A stretch of DNA of 64,000 nt from Methanotrichaceae archaeon. Its GTDB lineage: Archaea; Halobacteriota; Methanosarcinia; Methanotrichales; Methanotrichaceae. The first letter of the stretch is position 1, and each line of letters opens with the position of its first letter. The translations under genes were made by a program, and so were the position numbers. This document shows, piece after piece, positions 60,030 through 64,000 of the stretch. The notes below the pieces were generated by a model. The model was not told the DNA's origin. It saw only the letters and a program-made list of their open reading frames with translations, and did no database searches. The stretch spans positions 9,488-73,487 of the forward strand of contig CAVVKN010000007.1 of assembly GCA_963748825.1 (NCBI GenBank), in the 5' to 3' direction.

Positions 60030-62057
60030 ATGCCCAAGCTCGATCAAAAGGTCACTTCCGTCTTCGCAGGGAGAGTGGTTCGTAAAGACTTAGTCAGGAA
60101 AGTAAAGGTCGGAGCCAACGTCCCTGTCTTTGTATTAGAGTATCTCCTGGGCAAATACTGCGCTACCGATGATCAGGCAACGATCGAGGCAGGACTCAAG
60201 GTGGTCAATTCTACCCTTGCAGACAACTTTGTCCGTCCCGACGAGGCCAACAAAGCCCAGTCCTTTGTGAAAGAGAAAGGCAAGCATACCATAATCGACA
60301 AAGTCAAAGTCCGATACTTATCTGAAGACGATAAGTATTGGGCAGAGTTCGTGAACTTCGGCCATAAGTACGTCCATATCCCTGAGCTCTATGTCCAGAA
60401 GTACGACAGAATCCTCATGGGCGGCATTTGGGCTCAAGTGGACCTGATCCACAGGTTTGACGAAGAAGCAAGAGGTAAGCGCAGTCCTTTCTGGATAGAG
60501 GATCTCAAGCCCATCCAGCTAGCCAGCTTCGATCTTCCCGAATATCTCGAATCTCGCCGCCAGTTCACCAGTGACGAATGGATAGACCTATTGATCAGAA
60601 GCATTGGCATGGAGCCTTCTCACTTCGACAGAAGGCTCAAGCTTCTTTTCCTGATCAGGCTGGTTCCCCTGTGTGAGCAAAATTACAATCTCATAGAACT
60701 GGGACCCCGTGGAACCGGTAAGTCTTACGCCTATCAGGAGTTCACACCCTACGCCATACTTCTCACCGGCCCAACGACCGTGGCCAACCTATTCTATAAC
60801 ATCGGAACTGGCAAAATGGGCCTAGTGGGCCTATGGGACGCAGTGGCCTTCGATGAGGTAGCAGACCTGCAAAAGATGCCTAAAGAAGTCATAACCACCC
60901 TTAAGACTTACTGCGAGTCGGGCACCTTCGCCCGAGGTAAAGACGCTCTATCCGGAACGGCATCAATTGTCATGTTTGGCAACACTAACCAGCCAGTCGA
61001 GATCATGGTCCGGTCCTCTCACCTCTTCGCGCCCATGCCTGAGGTGATCCGGGAGGATATGGCCTTTTTCGATCGCATTCATTTCTACTTGCCAGGATGG
61101 GAAGTGCCCAAAATGCAGGTGGATTTCTTCACGGACCATTATGGTTTCGTGGTAGACTACCTGGCCGAGGCCTTGAGGGAGCTACGCCGTCATAATTTTG
61201 TGGATAAGGTTGATCATTACTTCTCCTTCGGCTCCCACCTCAATGCCCGTGATGTCAAAGCTGTGCGAAAGACCGTATCCGGCCTCATCAAGCTCATCTA
61301 TCCTCATGGGGAGATCACGAGGGAGGAGATGGCCGAATTATTGGAGCTGGCCATAGAAGGAAGACGCCGCGTCAAGGAACAGCTCAAGAAGATGGGTTCC
61401 TTCGAATACCATCAGACTTCATTCTCATACATCGACAATGAGACCCGAGAGGAGCGCTACGTAGGCGTTCCGGAAGAGGGAGGAAGGGACCTAATCTCGC
61501 AAGATCCTCTCGCGCCGGGCTCGATATATGCGGCATCAGTTGACGACCAGGGCAAGGCAGGCTTATTCCGCCTGGAAGTTGGATCTGCTCCCGGAACAGG
61601 CAAGTTGAAGATGGCTGGTGGAATCGATAGCACCACGAAGGAGTCGATACAGCGAGCTTTCGCTTATCTTAACGGCCATAAAGTGAGCATGGGAATTGCG
61701 CAAACTTTTGAAACTACGGACTTCCATGTTGAGGCCATCAATCTTATGAATAATCATATATCTTGCGATGCAGGCGTGGGATTGGTTGTAGCCATTTACT
61801 CAGTCCTTATGAAACAACCTGTACTCCCTGGACTAATGGTCTTGGGCGATCTCAGCATTCAGGGCAATATTAAAGCAGTACGCTCTCTTGCTGAACCTTT
61901 GCAGGCAGGGATGGATAATGGCGCCAGATGTGCTCTAATCCCCATAGAGAATAAAAGGCACTTTCTCGATGTCTCTGCGGATATTGTGGAGCGTGTTGAT
62001 CCCGTTTTTTACAGTGACCCATTTACAGCCGCAAGGAAAGCGCTGGGACTGAAATAA
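60030..62057 (+). CDS. brxL: BREX Lon-related protein BrxL
   Basis: VPVFVLEYLLGKYC, ELGPRGTGKS, VAFDEV, DMAFFDRIH...GWE, LNARD, Lon-like C-terminus. Confidence 0.93.
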   Translation: MPKLDQKVTSVFAGRVVRKDLVRKVKVGANVPVFVLEYLLGKYCATDDQATIEAGLKVVNSTLADNFVRPDEANKAQSFVKEKGKHTIIDKVKVRYLSEDDKYWAEFVNFGHKYVHIPELYVQKYDRILMGGIWAQVDLIHRFDEEARGKRSPFWIEDLKPIQLASFDLPEYLESRRQFTSDEWIDLLIRSIGMEPSHFDRRLKLLFLIRLVPLCEQNYNLIELGPRGTGKSYAYQEFTPYAILLTGPTTVANLFYNIGTGKMGLVGLWDAVAFDEVADLQKMPKEVITTLKTYCESGTFARGKDALSGTASIVMFGNTNQPVEIMVRSSHLFAPMPEVIREDMAFFDRIHFYLPGWEVPKMQVDFFTDHYGFVVDYLAEALRELRRHNFVDKVDHYFSFGSHLNARDVKAVRKTVSGLIKLIYPHGEITREEMAELLELAIEGRRRVKEQLKKMGSFEYHQTSFSYIDNETREERYVGVPEEGGRDLISQDPLAPGSIYAASVDDQGKAGLFRLEVGSAPGTGKLKMAGGIDSTTKESIQRAFAYLNGHKVSMGIAQTFETTDFHVEAINLMNNHISCDAGVGLVVAIYSVLMKQPVLPGLMVLGDLSIQGNIKAVRSLAEPLQAGMDNGARCALIPIENKRHFLDVSADIVERVDPVFYSDPFTAARKALGLK

Positions 62058-62300
62058 AGGAAAGGGAACGTTTGCAGGGATGCCAGTCGTCTGGCCCACT
62101 ACACCTCGGATTTCCTGATCATGCCGGAAGATGTCAAGAAACGGAAACGCTTCTTCGAGCCTGATCTCGCCGTCCTTCATCCCCGCGACCAGAAGGATGC
62201 TGCGCTCCCCATCATGACCTGTGCGGAGAGTTCTCATTCCGAAGAGCCAAGTTCTTAAGCTAAGAGAGACAAAAGAGGCACTCCAAAATTCGTATCGCTC

Positions 62301-62317
62301 GGAAAAAGCATTTATAC
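62301..62317 (+). promoter_or_regulatory. BRE/TATA promoter of the rps19e operon
   Basis: ggaaaaa followed by tttatac about 50 nt upstream of the TTG start. Confidence 0.55.
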
Positions 62318-62363
62318 TTGTTTCTGCGTAAGGGTTCTGGTTTGTTCCTTATCATTTGGAGGA

Positions 62364-62837
62364 TTGAAGGATTTGACAACTGTTTACGACGTACCTCCCC
62401 ATGACTTAATAGCTGCCGTGGCCCAGGAGCTAAAGGCGGCGGGCAAGGTTCAGCCCCCGGAATGGGCTGAGTTTGCCAAGACTGGGGTAAATAGGGAGAT
62501 GCCGCCCACAAACCCCGATTGGTGGTTTGTGCGGTGCGCATCAGTATTGCGCAGGATATATATCGACGGCCCGGTGGGCGTTTCCCGCCTTAGAAGCTTC
62601 TACGGCGGAAAACACCGCAAGGGTGTAGCTACAGGATTCTTCTGCAAAGGCAGCGGCTCAGTAGCTAGAGAGTCCCTGCAGCAGCTGGAGAAGGCCGGCT
62701 ACGTGAAGAAACTAAAGAAAGGACGCCAAATGACCCCGGCGGGTCAGGCATACCTTGATGGAGTAGCCCATAAGATAAGAAGCCAGATGCAAGGCTCCGC
62801 TGCACCTGCAGCAGAACCTGCTGCGGATTCGGCATAA
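62364..62837 (+). CDS. rps19e: 30S ribosomal protein S19e
   Basis: TTVYDVP...[11 protein letters not shown]...[31 protein letters not shown]. Confidence 0.97.
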   Translation: MKDLTTVYDVPPHDLIAAVAQELKAAGKVQPPEWAEFAKTGVNREMPPTNPDWWFVRCASVLRRIYIDGPVGVSRLRSFYGGKHRKGVATGFFCKGSGSVARESLQQLEKAGYVKKLKKGRQMTPAGQAYLDGVAHKIRSQMQGSAAPAAEPAADSA

Positions 62838-62860
62838 AGCTTAAGCGAGGACTGAAAAGT

Positions 62861-63202
62861 ATGGCTGATGATGAGCTTGCAGATTTAAGACGAAAGAGGA
62901 TGGACCAGATCCAAAAACAGCAGATGGATTCGCAGATGGCTGCGGCTCAGCAAGAGCAGGTCCAGCAGGAGATGGAGGCCAAAAAGGCATCCTTGATGAG
63001 GACCATCCTCACCCCGGAAGCACGGGAACGGCTCAATGCGATACGCATGACCAAGCCTGAGTTCGTCACTCAGATTGAAGGCCAGCTCATTATGCTTGCT
63101 CAAAGCGGCAGGCTGAGGGGCGCAATCACAGACGAGCAACTCAAGGCGATCCTCAAGCAGGCCCAGCCCACGAAGAGAGACATCACCATAACCAGGAGAT
63201 AA
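62861..63202 (+). CDS. PDCD5-like dsDNA-binding protein
   Basis: [11 protein letters not shown]...[19 protein letters not shown]...ITDEQLK.IL. Confidence 0.92.
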   Translation: MADDELADLRRKRMDQIQKQQMDSQMAAAQQEQVQQEMEAKKASLMRTILTPEARERLNAIRMTKPEFVTQIEGQLIMLAQSGRLRGAITDEQLKAILKQAQPTKRDITITRR

Positions 63203-63227
63203 AGCGGCTGTAAGCTGTAGGCAGTTC

Positions 63228-63884
63228 ATGAAGGTTGCAGTCTTATTTTCCGGCGGAAAAGATAGCAGCCTGGCGGCTCTTCTTCTCGAACCGTTCTTTG
63301 ACGAGATAGAGCTTGTCACCTTCAGCTTCGGCCATGATGATACCTGGACGAAAGCGGCTGATGCCGCACGAGAGCTTGACCATCCCCATAGGAGGATGGT
63401 CTTTGAAGATAGCGTCCTGGAGCGGGCCCTGGAGATACTGCTTTGCACGGGCTATCCCAATGATGCTCTCAATTATGTTCATCCTATTGCAGTAGAAACA
63501 TTAGCGAAAGAGTGCGAATTTGTGGCGGACGGGACGAGGCGGGATGATCGCGCACCCAAAATGGGCTTCAGCGCTATCCGAAGCCTGGAAGACCGGTTGC
63601 ATATGCAATACTTAAGACCCCTGGCGGGCCTGGGTCAAAAGACCATCCGGGCCATGGCCTCGCGCTATTTGGACTTCGAGGAAGAGCTATCCGAGAGGTA
63701 TCCCGCCTCAGACTTCGAGGTGGGCCTGAGATATGCGCTAAAAGAGAGGTGCGGCCAGGCTAAGGTCGATGAGATCTTCCCCTCTAATCATACGCACACC
63801 AGAGTTATTCGGAGGAAGAGATTTGTCCAAGAAATTAAAGGGCAAGAAGATCAGGCTTGCCAAGGCGTTCAATCAGAATCGTAG
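63228..63884 (+). CDS. PP-loop (N-type ATP pyrophosphatase-like) protein
   Basis: [13 protein letters not shown] and [12 protein letters not shown]; conserved position in this archaeal operon. Confidence 0.85.
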   Translation: MKVAVLFSGGKDSSLAALLLEPFFDEIELVTFSFGHDDTWTKAADAARELDHPHRRMVFEDSVLERALEILLCTGYPNDALNYVHPIAVETLAKECEFVADGTRRDDRAPKMGFSAIRSLEDRLHMQYLRPLAGLGQKTIRAMASRYLDFEEELSERYPASDFEVGLRYALKERCGQAKVDEIFPSNHTHTRVIRRKRFVQEIKGQEDQACQGVQSES

Positions 63885-63975
63885 GGTGCCCTCCTGGGTC
63901 ATTGTCAAGACCATGAGGAAGGTAGTCACTCATCCCAAGAGACGACATTGGAGAAGAAGCAGCTTAGAGAGATAG
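63823..63975 (+). CDS. rpl39e: 50S ribosomal protein L39e
   Basis: TTG start after GGAGGA; [23 protein letters not shown]...[12 protein letters not shown]. Confidence 0.95.
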   Translation: MSKKLKGKKIRLAKAFNQNRRVPSWVIVKTMRKVVTHPKRRHWRRSSLER

Positions 63976-63977
63976 AC

Positions 63978-64000
63978 ATGGCGGACACAGAAAGAGTTTA
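63978..64000 (+). CDS. rpl31e: Start of 50S ribosomal protein L31e (partial)
   Basis: MADTERV begins 2 nt after rpl39e, the usual position of rpl31e. Confidence 0.7.

Larger units (their letters stand above)
42769..62057 (+). other. Type I BREX defence locus with two nested accessory cassettes
   Basis: Gene order brxA-brxB-brxC-[insert]-pglX-[insert]-pglZ-brxL. Confidence 0.9.

Noticed and set aside
61935-62237. Minus-strand ORF after brxL as an intact gene
   Set aside because: Overlaps the brxL 3' end, no clear start, and the ILLVAG similarity to toxin or CHAT families is too weak to assign.
189-63495. Many ORF-track ORFs antisense to or overlapping clear genes (e.g. 189..758, 4700..5470, 17931..18791, 37789..38703, 39425..40348, 53046..53777)
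   Set aside because: Shadow frames of GC-rich coding sequence with no family motifs.
1-64000. CRISPR array, tRNA or rRNA genes
   Set aside because: No regularly spaced repeat-spacer series and no cloverleaf or rRNA-like tract seen; gttcaaatccc near 2080 lies inside the tgt coding sequence.

Overview
Archaeal methanogen chromosome window. mfnB, rps19e, rpl39e and rpl31e mark it as a methanogenic archaeon; a Methanothrix/Methanosaeta-like organism is my inference from gene content. Positions 1-42 kb are mostly housekeeping and cell-envelope genes: a bacterial-type tgt coupled to a YhhQ transporter, a NUDIX hydrolase, mfnB, a HisA-like barrel, a peroxiredoxin, two MacB/LolE-type permeases, PPC-repeat secreted proteins, HNH, UbiA, cupin PGI, two-subunit fumarase, cbiA, modA, an aldehyde dehydrogenase, a hybrid histidine kinase, serB, a decayed hicBA/IS patch, a Na/Pi transporter, an orphan fdhA and a P-type ATPase. 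Positions about 42.1-62.2 kb are a defence island: type I BREX (brxA-brxB-brxC-pglX-pglZ-brxL) with two nested cassettes I cannot assign to a named system. One is an antisense ABC-ATPase + PD-(D/E)xK nuclease pair between brxC and pglX; the other is a HEPN-like gene + KGGVGR ParA/P-loop NTPase + DUF6398-like gene between pglX and pglZ. pglX carries a dense cluster of about eight frameshifts and one stop in its central, partly AT-rich region. The window ends in the conserved rps19e-rpl39e-rpl31e operon. No tRNA, rRNA or CRISPR array was seen. The best candidates for new biology are the two BREX-nested cassettes and a possible archaeal queuine/preQ salvage operon. All family assignments come from motif recognition by eye, not database searches.
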